From positions 192,001 to 256,000 of the IMG/VR virus record IMGVR_UViG_3300042013_000067: a DNA stretch of 64,000 nt; one strand, given 5' to 3'. A program made the translations under genes and the position numbers. This document shows positions 37,944 to 46,880 of this stretch, one piece after another. Position 1 is the first letter of the stretch; each line of letters starts with the position of its first letter. The notes under the pieces were generated by a model that was not told the DNA's origin, ran no database searches, and worked only from the letters and a program-made list of their open reading frames with translations. Source of the stretch: a virus (lineage: Duplodnaviria > Caudoviricetes).

Positions 37944-38660
37944 ATGAACACCCAAGCTGCCGAGTTCCTCCAGAACTACGCATCGTACTACTGGGCCATT
38001 TGTGCTGAAGAACATAAAGCACTGGGTACCGATGTACAAGACATCTTCGACGACATCGTGGTCTGCAAGCGTCTGACCGCTGATGAGCTGGAAACTGCTG
38101 TCAACCGTTTGCGTGAACGCGTACCGAGTCTGGGCTTCAGTCAAGCCCAAGGCCACATCTTCCGTGTCCTAGGCTACCGTAGCAAGGGCGTAGCGTTCGT
38201 AGTGCGCCGTACCTACACCCGACTACATCAAACCCCAGTACTCACCCACCCTAACATGTGGCATGAGTTCTTGAACGTGTACCACAACGACTCGGTGTTT
38301 GGTTCGCCAGACTACAGTAAAGATGAAATCGCCTTGCACTATATCGAGTTCGTGTTCGAACCTCGGTTGCGTGGCTTGTTGTCGGCAGATGACATCCCTG
38401 AGGAGTTGATGGACGCTTACTTCACCATGTTGAATATCTCTCAACAGAAAACCATGTCCGAACCGATGGCGCGGACACTGGCTGAACAACTGGAACACGA
38501 ACTCGACCATCGCGTGCGTCACCACACCGCCATGAACATGGTAGCCATTGCGTTAGGCTACAAGACTTGGCCATTGATGCTCGCGGCGGTAGAACACGAT
38601 AGCGTGAAGAACCTGCGGATTCCTAACCGCTTTGGTACTGCCGCGTCTACCATACACTGA
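37944..38660 (+). CDS. hypothetical protein with a C-terminal small helical domain
   Basis: AAGGA RBS; H..A...VA..LGY..W pattern. Confidence 0.75.
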   Translation: MNTQAAEFLQNYASYYWAICAEEHKALGTDVQDIFDDIVVCKRLTADELETAVNRLRERVPSLGFSQAQGHIFRVLGYRSKGVAFVVRRTYTRLHQTPVLTHPNMWHEFLNVYHNDSVFGSPDYSKDEIALHYIEFVFEPRLRGLLSADDIPEELMDAYFTMLNISQQKTMSEPMARTLAEQLEHELDHRVRHHTAMNMVAIALGYKTWPLMLAAVEHDSVKNLRIPNRFGTAASTIH

Positions 38661-38742
38661 GAAAAAGTACCTCGCAAGGTATAGTGTGTAGAAGTACCGT
38701 TTCTAAATAAAAACCCAACCAAAAGATCAAAAGGAACATCGC

Positions 38743-39012
38743 ATGTCTCTGACTAACATCGCTTCCAACATCCGTAACTCTGTAACTGCTGAGCTGGCCA
38801 AAGTACAACTGCCAGAAGGCGTTGAAGTTTCCGCTGAAGTCCAGCAGTCGCTGGCTGACGCTGGTGTTCGTGGCACGCTGGTCGGCCTGGGCGAACTGCA
38901 AGGCGCCGGCTTCGTACACATCACCGGTTCCGTAGAAGAAGGCAACGACGACGTCGCCAACGCCACCCCAGCCGAAATCCTGGGCGAGCTGTTCGGTTCC
39001 GTGAACTCGTAA
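38743..39012 (+). CDS. small acidic protein, likely highly expressed
   Basis: Strong CTG/GAA/GCT/TTC codon bias; AAGGA RBS; flanked by an A-rich leader and a terminator. Confidence 0.85.
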   Translation: MSLTNIASNIRNSVTAELAKVQLPEGVEVSAEVQQSLADAGVRGTLVGLGELQGAGFVHITGSVEEGNDDVANATPAEILGELFGSVNS

Positions 39013-39030
39013 TACCGCGCGACCGCGTCA

Positions 39031-39064
39031 ACGTAGAGGAGCCTTCGGGCTCCTTTATGTCGTC
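39031..39064 (+). terminator. nested-palindrome terminator
   Basis: ACGTAGAGGAGCC-ttcg-GGCTCCTTTATGT-CGTC. Confidence 0.8.
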
Positions 39065-39097
39065 CACGGGTTTTTATTTTTTACCTAGGGTTTACCC

Positions 39098-39877
39098 ATG
39101 AATAGCTATAGCCCTGTAAGGACTACTCGACAAATGAATAAACCAATCACCGATGTAACAGAACCAACACCCGGCCAGGAAAACAACAACTGGAACTTGC
39201 GAGACAAACTGATCGGCATTGCGGTTGAAGACTACAGCACCGCCTTACGCCATGGCTTCCAAGGTTCTGAAACCGATTGGGAGCTCTACTACAACGAGCT
39301 GGTTCACGGCACACCAGTTGAAGATCTGAGTACGGTGCTTGACCCACCTATCCCGGATACATGGCCAGAACCCGAACCGGGTCCATTAGTAGTGCCTGAT
39401 ATCACAGTCAAGCGTGCGTGCAACAAAGCAGCCCGTGCAGCACGTCAGTATCGTACTGGACCTTTTATCCGTATGGTGCTGTGGTTGACTGCAACCTTTA
39501 TGTTCCTTGTGATCGCCATGGGTGGCGCTCTGGCGTGGGTGGTCACCAACAACACTGTTAGCCAGCGGGTCGAGAACACACGACCTTGTACGCTCAATCA
39601 GGAGGGTATTGAGTTAACGGGTACGCGCACCTACAGCTACATCGACAATACCCTCTTTGGCTTTCATTGGTCGCGTAACGATACCTTGATAACGCGCACG
39701 GTAGTCAACGTCACCATGAAAGGTTTGACGGTTGTAGCCATTACCAAAGGCGAATCGAAGACTGTTCGGCGTGGCGAGGCCGAAGGCGGGGTGATGATCC
39801 TACCTGACGCTGACTACTATGCGTTCTTCTCCAATGGACGTGCCACAGGCGTCGCCTACGACGTTCTCTGCAAATAA
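39098..39877 (+). CDS. single-pass membrane protein
   Basis: Central TM helix (MVLWLTATFMFLVIAMGGALAWVV). Confidence 0.75.
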   Translation: MNSYSPVRTTRQMNKPITDVTEPTPGQENNNWNLRDKLIGIAVEDYSTALRHGFQGSETDWELYYNELVHGTPVEDLSTVLDPPIPDTWPEPEPGPLVVPDITVKRACNKAARAARQYRTGPFIRMVLWLTATFMFLVIAMGGALAWVVTNNTVSQRVENTRPCTLNQEGIELTGTRTYSYIDNTLFGFHWSRNDTLITRTVVNVTMKGLTVVAITKGESKTVRRGEAEGGVMILPDADYYAFFSNGRATGVAYDVLCK

Positions 39878-39886
39878 GGGTATCAC

Positions 39887-40369
39887 ATGCAACCTTCTCA
39901 GCGACGACAGCTGAACGAGCTCTTGCAAGCTCTGATCACGTTGATCATCGAATCCACGGTGGACGATACAGTCATGGGTAAAGCCCGCGCTATCGTGGAC
40001 TACTACCTAACCAACCCTTTCACCAAACGCAAGGATGACTTCTTTAACCAATTAACCGTGGCTTATCGTCCATCGCATGAACACGCGGCTGACCCTAGGT
40101 ACGTTCCGTTCTTGTCCCTGCTGTTGTATTCCAACCACCAGATGTTGATCATGCGGTTGGAAGCTTTAGATGCGATCGCGGGGTTGCCCTTCAAACCGGA
40201 AACCATACAGACCAAGGAAGAACTGCAAAACCGTTTCGTTGAGGCGTTAGCTAAATACACCGAGATTGATCACACGGACTTTGAAGCGATGTCCACCCTT
40301 CTAACCATGCAGGCGTTTGGGTGCAATAGTCCCCTTGCGTTTGGCGAACTAAAAGACCTTCCGACATGA
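39887..40369 (+). CDS. hypothetical protein
   Basis: 160 aa, in operon. Confidence 0.75.
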   Translation: MQPSQRRQLNELLQALITLIIESTVDDTVMGKARAIVDYYLTNPFTKRKDDFFNQLTVAYRPSHEHAADPRYVPFLSLLLYSNHQMLIMRLEALDAIAGLPFKPETIQTKEELQNRFVEALAKYTEIDHTDFEAMSTLLTMQAFGCNSPLAFGELKDLPT

Positions 40370-40797
40370 AAAATGATCCGAGCTGGAACACCATCGGCCA
40401 ATATGGCAAACCTAAAAAGAAAGATCCTGATGTTCAGTGGGTCTTAGGTATGTTGGCTATCGCCCTGTGTATGGTCTTTACTGTGCTCAGTCTGGCCTTC
40501 ACTACCACGGATGAAGCTCAAGCAGAACAGGACACTAACAACGAGCAGTATTACTCTCGTGCCTGCTCTAACCTGCATCATCTGAGTAAAGAGCTGCGCG
40601 ACGCCGAGGACTTCTACGACCTGACCACAAGTACGCACGTCGATCCGGTGGGTGATGAAATTCACCAGTCCATCGCCTGGGACCATTTCCAGTTAGCCCG
40701 TGAGGCGTTGGAAGAGGCAAAGCTGCAACACATTAACAACGTTGCATGGCAAGCCAGTATGGGTAATCCTCCTCCTAAGGAGTACGCCTGTCTGTAA
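40366..40797 (+). CDS. membrane-anchored protein
   Basis: ATGA overlap; N-terminal TM helix. Confidence 0.75.
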   Translation: MKNDPSWNTIGQYGKPKKKDPDVQWVLGMLAIALCMVFTVLSLAFTTTDEAQAEQDTNNEQYYSRACSNLHHLSKELRDAEDFYDLTTSTHVDPVGDEIHQSIAWDHFQLAREALEEAKLQHINNVAWQASMGNPPPKEYACL

Positions 40798-40799
40798 CC

Positions 40800-40836
40800 A
40801 CGACATAGTCAGCGGGGTTTTACCCGCTGACATGCC
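40800..40836 (+). terminator. nested-palindrome terminator
   Basis: ACGACATA-GTCAGCGGG-gtttta-CCCGCTGAC-ATGCCG. Confidence 0.75.
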
Positions 40837-40870
40837 GCATTTTATGAAGTAATTTAAGGAGTGAGTTTTC

Positions 40871-41131
40871 ATGAGTGCGATCCGTCTTTACCACAATGAC
40901 CTTGGTAAGTGGGTATTCAATCACCAAGGTAACGAACACGTCGCGCTGCTATCTTCAGTTGACGCGGCTGAGACCTTCCGTAGTTTCGGTTTGCATCCGC
41001 AAGGTGTTGTATGTATCAGTGTATGTCAGTCCGGCCAGATCGACGGCATTACGTTACTCGATCAAACCCCAGTTCGTGAATTGTTTGTTCCGACGGGTCA
41101 CAGTCTGTATCGCGACCTCACCCCTGTTTGA
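40871..41131 (+). CDS. hypothetical protein
   Basis: AAGGAG RBS, 86 aa. Confidence 0.7.
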   Translation: MSAIRLYHNDLGKWVFNHQGNEHVALLSSVDAAETFRSFGLHPQGVVCISVCQSGQIDGITLLDQTPVRELFVPTGHSLYRDLTPV

Positions 41132-41192
41132 CTATTTATACTGGGGTGGCTTGCAATATGTAACCATCATCCCAGCATAAGCGAACATCGTA

Positions 41193-41534
41193 ATGTTTGA
41201 TACCGCCCAAAGAGCGAATTGCACCTGGTCCCACACCAGTTGGGGCCGAGGCAAACGTACCGTAGAGACCGACCTAGGTTTCTACGTCATCGAACACATA
41301 GCCACGGGTAAATTCATCGTCTGTTATTCGCGTCGGGTTACTCACGACATCGATCAACAGATCGTGGCATTGACCAACGGTACCCATCCTAACCGGCTAT
41401 TGCAAAAGCTGGTAAACATGGACATGGATCTCAAACTCCATGAGTATCCTGCGGTGTCTGTGCCTGCGGCTAAAGATGCCTGCCGTAAGATCAAACTAAC
41501 CGCGGCACCTGCCTATCTACTTTTAAACCCCTAG
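41193..41534 (+). CDS. degenerate GIY-YIG-like protein
   Basis: GFYVIEH..TGKFIV.YS...H.N..LQ pattern; catalytic Arg not evident. Confidence 0.55.
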   Translation: MFDTAQRANCTWSHTSWGRGKRTVETDLGFYVIEHIATGKFIVCYSRRVTHDIDQQIVALTNGTHPNRLLQKLVNMDMDLKLHEYPAVSVPAAKDACRKIKLTAAPAYLLLNP

Positions 41535-41542
41535 GGGGCTCC

Positions 41543-41749
41543 ATGATTAAACCCGGTGAAACAGTCCGCGCTCGTTCTACCATTAACATCTCGGTAGCCG
41601 AAGACGAGACACCTATTCTGGTGATTAAGGAAGGCGACCGTTTGGTAGCGACCTCAGAAGTCGATGCTAACGGCAACCAAACCTTCGTCCACCTACCCAC
41701 CCAATTCGAAAATGTCACGCTCAGTCGACATGACGTACAACTCGCGTAG
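41543..41749 (+). CDS. small hypothetical protein
   Basis: 68 aa, GGGG RBS. Confidence 0.65.
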   Translation: MIKPGETVRARSTINISVAEDETPILVIKEGDRLVATSEVDANGNQTFVHLPTQFENVTLSRHDVQLA

Positions 41750-41756
41750 GTAAACG

Positions 41757-42284
41757 ATGAATCCAGCACTGCTCTACCACGGATCGCTATACAAACAGAA
41801 CGAACTGATGCCTGGGTTCAAACGCTCGGGCAAGCTGGTCCAGTGGGACGGCATCGAGAACAACACTTACCTCTACACGAGTTCCGTGAAAGAGGAGGCT
41901 GTCAGCCTTGGGGTTGGCAGTGCGTTGGAGAAAGTGCTGGACAGTCGTCGTTATGCCACGTTCGATAACAACGTGGTGGTTTACTTCTTCAAAGAGCTGC
42001 CCAGCGCGGAAGAACTACTGAAGTTGGAAATTTATGTATACACCATTCGCTTTAAAGAAGCCGATGGTTGGGTCAAGAATGATAACCCCTTCAACAACAT
42101 TGACACCGAATGGGTTACCCAGTCTACCATCCGTGGACTGGCGGCGTGTGAGCAGGTCGACGTGCGTGAGTGGTTGCAGGATAAGAACTTGTTGTTCACG
42201 ACTCGATCGGTGGATACCTGCCCCAAGTCTCTGGTAGATGCCGGCGGACAATGGGGTGGTAAAACCATCAAAGTGGAGCTGTAA
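41757..42284 (+). CDS. putative ADP-ribosyltransferase-fold protein
   Basis: LYHGS...L.PG, YLYTS, YVY, TEW: H-Y-E-like order. The ORF itself is solid; the fold is inferred. Confidence 0.5.
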   Translation: MNPALLYHGSLYKQNELMPGFKRSGKLVQWDGIENNTYLYTSSVKEEAVSLGVGSALEKVLDSRRYATFDNNVVVYFFKELPSAEELLKLEIYVYTIRFKEADGWVKNDNPFNNIDTEWVTQSTIRGLAACEQVDVREWLQDKNLLFTTRSVDTCPKSLVDAGGQWGGKTIKVEL

Positions 42285-42289
42285 ACAAT

Positions 42290-42322
42290 GCCGAGGGGAT
42301 AACCCTCGGCTCTTATTCCGTT
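42290..42322 (+). terminator. nested-palindrome terminator
   Basis: GCCGAGGG-gataa-CCCTCGGC-tcTTATTCCGTT. Confidence 0.7.
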
Positions 42323-42345
42323 TATGAAGACATGGAGTATTGCAG

Positions 42346-43695
42346 ATGCTGGAACAGCTCATGCAGTTGATGGCGCAATTCAATGAACTCAACCGAGCCA
42401 ACCCTGTACTCGCTACAATGTTGGGTGCTGGCGGGGCCACGGCGTTAGTGATGTCGCTACGCCAGATACCCCAAAAGATCTGCTCTTTTATTTTTGGCCA
42501 AATGACCACCCACCTAACCATGAACAATGCCGGTTGGGACGGTGGGGATGATCAGTTCCGTAGTTTCATGCTGTGGTACATCAAACACAGTTGGTCCAAG
42601 TGGTCACGGTCATTATCGCTGGAATCCAAGTACCAGAACCGGGGTGATCCTCTAGTGGCGATTGGTGCTGGTTTCGGCCGTCACTTCTTCACGTATAAAG
42701 GACGCTTGTTCTGGTTCAACAAGTCTCGTCTGGACAGCTCCGGCAGTTCAATGGAGAAGATGGAGATTACGATTAAGGGCTTGACCCGTAACCGTGGCCT
42801 CTTCGATGCCATGGTTCAAGAGTTCCGTTACCGGATGAAGACCAACACCATCACGGTAACATCGTGGGACTTCGATAAGTGGAACGAACCAGTAGCGATC
42901 ACCAAACGTGCTTTAAACACGGTGATCATGGAGCGTGGACTTAAGGGCGAATTGATTCGTGACATCGATCAGTTCTACGCCAGTCGTGAGTGGTACGAAG
43001 AACGTGGCCTGCCGTATAAGCGCTGCGTGTTGTTCTACGGCCAACCGGGCACGGGTAAGACCAGCATAATCAAAGCCTTGGCTTCACACTACGGCCGTAA
43101 CGTGTTTACCCTGAACCTGTCTACAGTGTCAGATAACATGTTACAGAAGGCCATGTCTTCAATCCCAGAAGGTTCTATCTTACTGATCGAAGACTTCGAC
43201 ACCAACAAGACGGTGCTTAGCCGTGCACCTACACCCCCACCACCCGCACCTAGTGATGGTGACGCACCGGTGGCTCTAGCTGGGCCCAGTAATCCTCCAG
43301 AGGGCTTTGTCGCTCTCTCGCTCTCCGGTTTGCTCAACGCCCTAGATGGCATTGTGCCACTGGATGGAAGCCTTATCTTTCTAACGACCAACCACATCGA
43401 GAAGATCGATGCTGCGTTGCTGCGTAACGGACGTGTAGATAAGCGGATCAATATCCCTTACCTGACCGATTCTGAAGTACGCGACTATATCGAACTCATG
43501 TTCCCCGGTACTAAGGTATCCGTGGATATTTGCTTCCAGCCGATCGCTGGTTGCGATCTGATGTCACACTTCTCAGATAACCGCGATAACGCTGAACAGT
43601 TCATTGCGGCTATCCCACAGCAAACACTCAGTGGTTTGTTGGGTAAAGCTTTGGAAATCACCCGCCGGACCACACCGCGGCGAGAAGCGTCATAA
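42346..43695 (+). CDS. BCS1-like AAA+ ATPase
   Basis: WY..RG.PYKR..LFYGQPGTGKTS, LLIEDFD, LSLSGLLNALDG, TTNHIEKID.ALLR.GR.D; N-terminal hydrophobic segment. Confidence 0.88.
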   Translation: MLEQLMQLMAQFNELNRANPVLATMLGAGGATALVMSLRQIPQKICSFIFGQMTTHLTMNNAGWDGGDDQFRSFMLWYIKHSWSKWSRSLSLESKYQNRGDPLVAIGAGFGRHFFTYKGRLFWFNKSRLDSSGSSMEKMEITIKGLTRNRGLFDAMVQEFRYRMKTNTITVTSWDFDKWNEPVAITKRALNTVIMERGLKGELIRDIDQFYASREWYEERGLPYKRCVLFYGQPGTGKTSIIKALASHYGRNVFTLNLSTVSDNMLQKAMSSIPEGSILLIEDFDTNKTVLSRAPTPPPPAPSDGDAPVALAGPSNPPEGFVALSLSGLLNALDGIVPLDGSLIFLTTNHIEKIDAALLRNGRVDKRINIPYLTDSEVRDYIELMFPGTKVSVDICFQPIAGCDLMSHFSDNRDNAEQFIAAIPQQTLSGLLGKALEITRRTTPRREAS

Positions 43696-43728
43696 AAGTG
43701 CCGGGGGCAACCCCGGCTTTATGCCGTC
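43689..43728 (+). terminator. nested-palindrome terminator
   Basis: GTCATAAAAGT-GCCGGGG-gcaa-CCCCGGC-TTTATGCCGTC. Confidence 0.75.
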
Positions 43729-43748
43729 TCATGCGGCAAGGAGGTTTA

Positions 43749-43877
43749 ATGGTAAAAAGTACTCAAGTACCTCATGATGTGTTGAAGCTAGGCTATGGGT
43801 TGCCAATAGCTTTTTATAACGTTGTACCTGGCCATTATTACGCCATTTTCGTAATAGGCCCATCTACGCCCGGATAG
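43749..43877 (+). CDS. possible 42-aa protein
   Basis: AAGGAGG RBS then ATG; not in the ORF track (<60 aa). Confidence 0.45.
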   Translation: MVKSTQVPHDVLKLGYGLPIAFYNVVPGHYYAIFVIGPSTPG

Positions 43878-43962
43878 GGCAACTTGACTCGATCCAGCCT
43901 TCAGTGGACTAAGGAACCACATTTTCAGAAAGCGCCTGATTGAGTTCCAGGGGTTACATGAG

Positions 43963-44265
43963 ATGTCACTGAAACAAAGCTACAATATCGCTCATGGTGG
44001 GCGATACGAACTAGGCCAGCACATTGACCACATTGACCGGATCCGACTGGTGTCCGTCACCGTTAATGGAAAGCTGATTCGTTATACACCATTGACTCAT
44101 CGCGAGTCAGAGAACCAGTCACGCTATTACATCGAGATCGGGGAGACCTTTGACCCGTTAGTCGGTGGGATGCTGATGGTTAATAAAGAAGAACGGTGCA
44201 TTGAGACCTTTATCTCGTCAGACCGGTTCTTCGACAGCGTCGTTGTTACGCTGGAAATTAACTAG
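43963..44265 (+). CDS. hypothetical protein
   Basis: 100 aa ORF before a terminator. Confidence 0.7.
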   Translation: MSLKQSYNIAHGGRYELGQHIDHIDRIRLVSVTVNGKLIRYTPLTHRESENQSRYYIEIGETFDPLVGGMLMVNKEERCIETFISSDRFFDSVVVTLEIN

Positions 44266-44270
44266 GTGGG

Positions 44271-44304
44271 GGGAGTCTACGGACTCCCTTGCTTTATGTT
44301 CGTC
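44271..44304 (+). terminator. nested-palindrome terminator
   Basis: GGGAGTC-tacg-GACTCCC-ttgcTTTATGTTCGTC. Confidence 0.7.
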
Positions 44305-44320
44305 TACTGGTTTTAAAGCC

Positions 44321-44328
44321 TATATCAC
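44321..44328 (+). promoter_or_regulatory. early promoter motif TATATCAC upstream of ligA
   Basis: Shares CGTCTAC..TTTTAAAGCCTATAT context with positions 27-51. Confidence 0.6.
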
Positions 44329-44358
44329 GTGTTAGATAACCCTGTTTGGAGAGTGGTG

Positions 44359-46509
44359 ATGAACAAAGCCGAGGCCGATCTTAAAATCGGCATCCTACGT
44401 GACGAGATCACACGACATGATCATCGTTACTACGTGTTGGATGATCCGGCTATTGCTGATGCTGATTACGACAACTTGATGCTGCAGTTGCGTGAGCTGG
44501 AAAAGCAATACCCCGATCTTGTAATACCCACCTCTCCTACACAACGAGTAGGCGGCTGGCGCAGTAATCAATTCGAATCAGTGGCACACGACTTCCCAAT
44601 GCTTAGTCTGGGCAACGTGTTCACTATTGAAGAGTTTATAGAGTGGACGCGTACGCTGCCACTGGGTACTCGGATCCTAGGTGAGTGGAAGCTCGATGGG
44701 TTAAGCCTGAGCCTGACCTATGAAGGCGGTTGGTTGGTGCGGGCAGTAACTCGTGGTGATGGTACGGTTGGTGAAGACGTGACGGTTAATGCCGTGCATG
44801 TAGCGGGTATCCCAAAACGACTACCGCATGCAGACCCAGCCTCGGTCGTGACTGTTCGTGGTGAAGTTGTAACCACCAAGGAGAACTTCGCGAAGATCCA
44901 AGCGGAACTCGAAGCCAAGGGTGAGAAGCTCTTTGCTAACGAGCGTAACTTCGCTGCCGGTAGCCTGCGTCAGAAAGACCCACTGGTCACCAAGGCACGT
45001 AACCTTCAGTTCTATGCCTATAACGTAACCACCACTGACGGTAACTTCCGTGCACACAGCCTCGGTATGGAGTGGGTACTGAAGAACGGTTTCCATTTGG
45101 CTACCTGCTTCGGTCAGTTCGAAACACCAGTGGATCCAGATGAAATCCATCTGGCGATTGGTGTGGTCGGCGGTACGCGTGAGAAGCTGCCGGTAGTGAT
45201 CGATGGCCTAGTGTTTAAGGTTGATGAGTACGAGATCCAGAAAGGTTTGGGTTTCCGTTCTCGTGAACCACGTTGGGCTACGGCGTTTAAGTTCCCAGCT
45301 ACTCAAGTCACCGCAACCATTACAGGGGTTGATGATCAAGTCGGACGTACCGGTAACATTACCCCAGTGGCCCGGATTGACCCAGTGCGGATTCACGGTG
45401 TAGTGGTGTCGAACATCACGCTGCACAACTACGACGAGATCGCTCGTCTGGGTATCGGCATTGGTAGTAAGGTGATCATCGAACGTCGGGGTGACGTTAT
45501 CCCGAAAGTGATGGGTCTGGATCCGAATTACAATCCGCAGACCACACCAATCCCTGTACCGGTGCAGTGCCCAGTGTGTCATGCCACACTGGCACCGCGC
45601 ATGAAGAAGGTCAAGAACGAACTCGTAGTCAGTGCGGTACTCTACTGCACTAACCATCGGGCGTGTGTAGGCCAACTGAAAGCACGGATGTCGTGGTTTG
45701 TTGGCACTAACGGTCTGGACATCGAAGACTTCGGTGACGAAACCGTGTCGCAGTTGGTAGACGAAGGTAAGTTGGGTAAGTGGAGTGACGTCTACGCGTT
45801 GACCTACGATGACTTCGACGGTATGGAAGGCTGGGGTGAATCCAGTATTACCAAACTGCTTCGGAACATCAAGCTGTCCAAAGTCACCACGCAGATGAAG
45901 TTCCTTACAGCACTCGGCATAAATGGCGCCGGTACCGGCACCTGTCGTCGAATGGTGGAAGCCTTGGGTACCATCGATCGGATCATGGCTGCAGCGTCTC
46001 AAACGTTGGAGCAAATCCGTGACATCGGGCCTGATACCGCAATGGGGGTTGTGGAATGGCATCGGGAACATTACGGCGAACTCGAAGCGTTGTTAGCGCA
46101 GCACTTCACCTTCAGCGATGTCGGTCCGGTTCATCCGGATCTACTCGGGACCTTCACTGAGAAGGCCTTAATGAAGATCGCCAAGCGTGATAGTTTGAGC
46201 AATGACGGTATTGACCTGTTGCGTAAGCAGTGGGTTGACTGGGGCTTGCATGAATCCTGTGGTCGCGTAGAACGCGAGGCATTACCACTGGAAGGGCAAA
46301 CCTGGGTGTTGACCGGTTCGTTTACCCATTACTCCCGTGAAGAAGCCACAGAGCGTCTCAGGGCCTTGGGTGCTACTGTCACCGGTAGTGTGTCAAAGAA
46401 CACTAACTACGTCATTGCGGGCCCAGGGGCCGGTGCTAACGAGAAGAAAGCGTTAGCGCTAGGTGTTCCTGTACACGGAGAGGATTACCTCCGTAAGACA
46501 CTTGAATAA
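44359..46509 (+). CDS. ligA: NAD+-dependent DNA ligase
   Basis: YYVLDDP, MLSL.N, EWKLDG, TRGDG..GEDVT, VRGEV, DGLVFK, QVGRTG, Zn finger CPVC..C..C, HhH and BRCT. Confidence 0.97.
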   Translation: MNKAEADLKIGILRDEITRHDHRYYVLDDPAIADADYDNLMLQLRELEKQYPDLVIPTSPTQRVGGWRSNQFESVAHDFPMLSLGNVFTIEEFIEWTRTLPLGTRILGEWKLDGLSLSLTYEGGWLVRAVTRGDGTVGEDVTVNAVHVAGIPKRLPHADPASVVTVRGEVVTTKENFAKIQAELEAKGEKLFANERNFAAGSLRQKDPLVTKARNLQFYAYNVTTTDGNFRAHSLGMEWVLKNGFHLATCFGQFETPVDPDEIHLAIGVVGGTREKLPVVIDGLVFKVDEYEIQKGLGFRSREPRWATAFKFPATQVTATITGVDDQVGRTGNITPVARIDPVRIHGVVVSNITLHNYDEIARLGIGIGSKVIIERRGDVIPKVMGLDPNYNPQTTPIPVPVQCPVCHATLAPRMKKVKNELVVSAVLYCTNHRACVGQLKARMSWFVGTNGLDIEDFGDETVSQLVDEGKLGKWSDVYALTYDDFDGMEGWGESSITKLLRNIKLSKVTTQMKFLTALGINGAGTGTCRRMVEALGTIDRIMAAASQTLEQIRDIGPDTAMGVVEWHREHYGELEALLAQHFTFSDVGPVHPDLLGTFTEKALMKIAKRDSLSNDGIDLLRKQWVDWGLHESCGRVEREALPLEGQTWVLTGSFTHYSREEATERLRALGATVTGSVSKNTNYVIAGPGAGANEKKALALGVPVHGEDYLRKTLE

Positions 46510-46550
46510 CTAGAAAGTAGGACAAGGAAGTCCGCCGTTAGGAGTTAACG

Positions 46551-46880
46551 ATGTTTGACTTTGATGAGCGGTACGGCGCTATTAAGCGTAACATGGCTGA
46601 TTACAGTAATCAGACATCCGTACCTCAGGGGAGAAAGTTTATCTATGCTTACGTGGATCTCACCAACCGGGTGATTCATTTAGGCAAGACTGTTTCACCA
46701 GTAAACATTGCCTCGTACTACCATGCCTTTCGGCGTAAGCACTCTACGGCAAAGTTACCTGCAAAGCTAAAGGGTTGCGATAAGAACACCCGATTGCTTT
46801 TCTTTATCAAAGACGATCCTGATGGCGCGATCTATCGCCGTATCATACGGCCAGAACGATTATGGTGGCATCGACAATGA
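46551..46880 (+). CDS. degenerate GIY-YIG-like protein
   Basis: FIYAY......HLGKT pattern; AGGAG RBS. Confidence 0.55.
   Translation: MFDFDERYGAIKRNMADYSNQTSVPQGRKFIYAYVDLTNRVIHLGKTVSPVNIASYYHAFRRKHSTAKLPAKLKGCDKNTRLLFFIKDDPDGAIYRRIIRPERLWWHRQ

Noticed and set aside
45208-46071. 287-aa - strand ORF
   Set aside because: Antisense shadow of ligA
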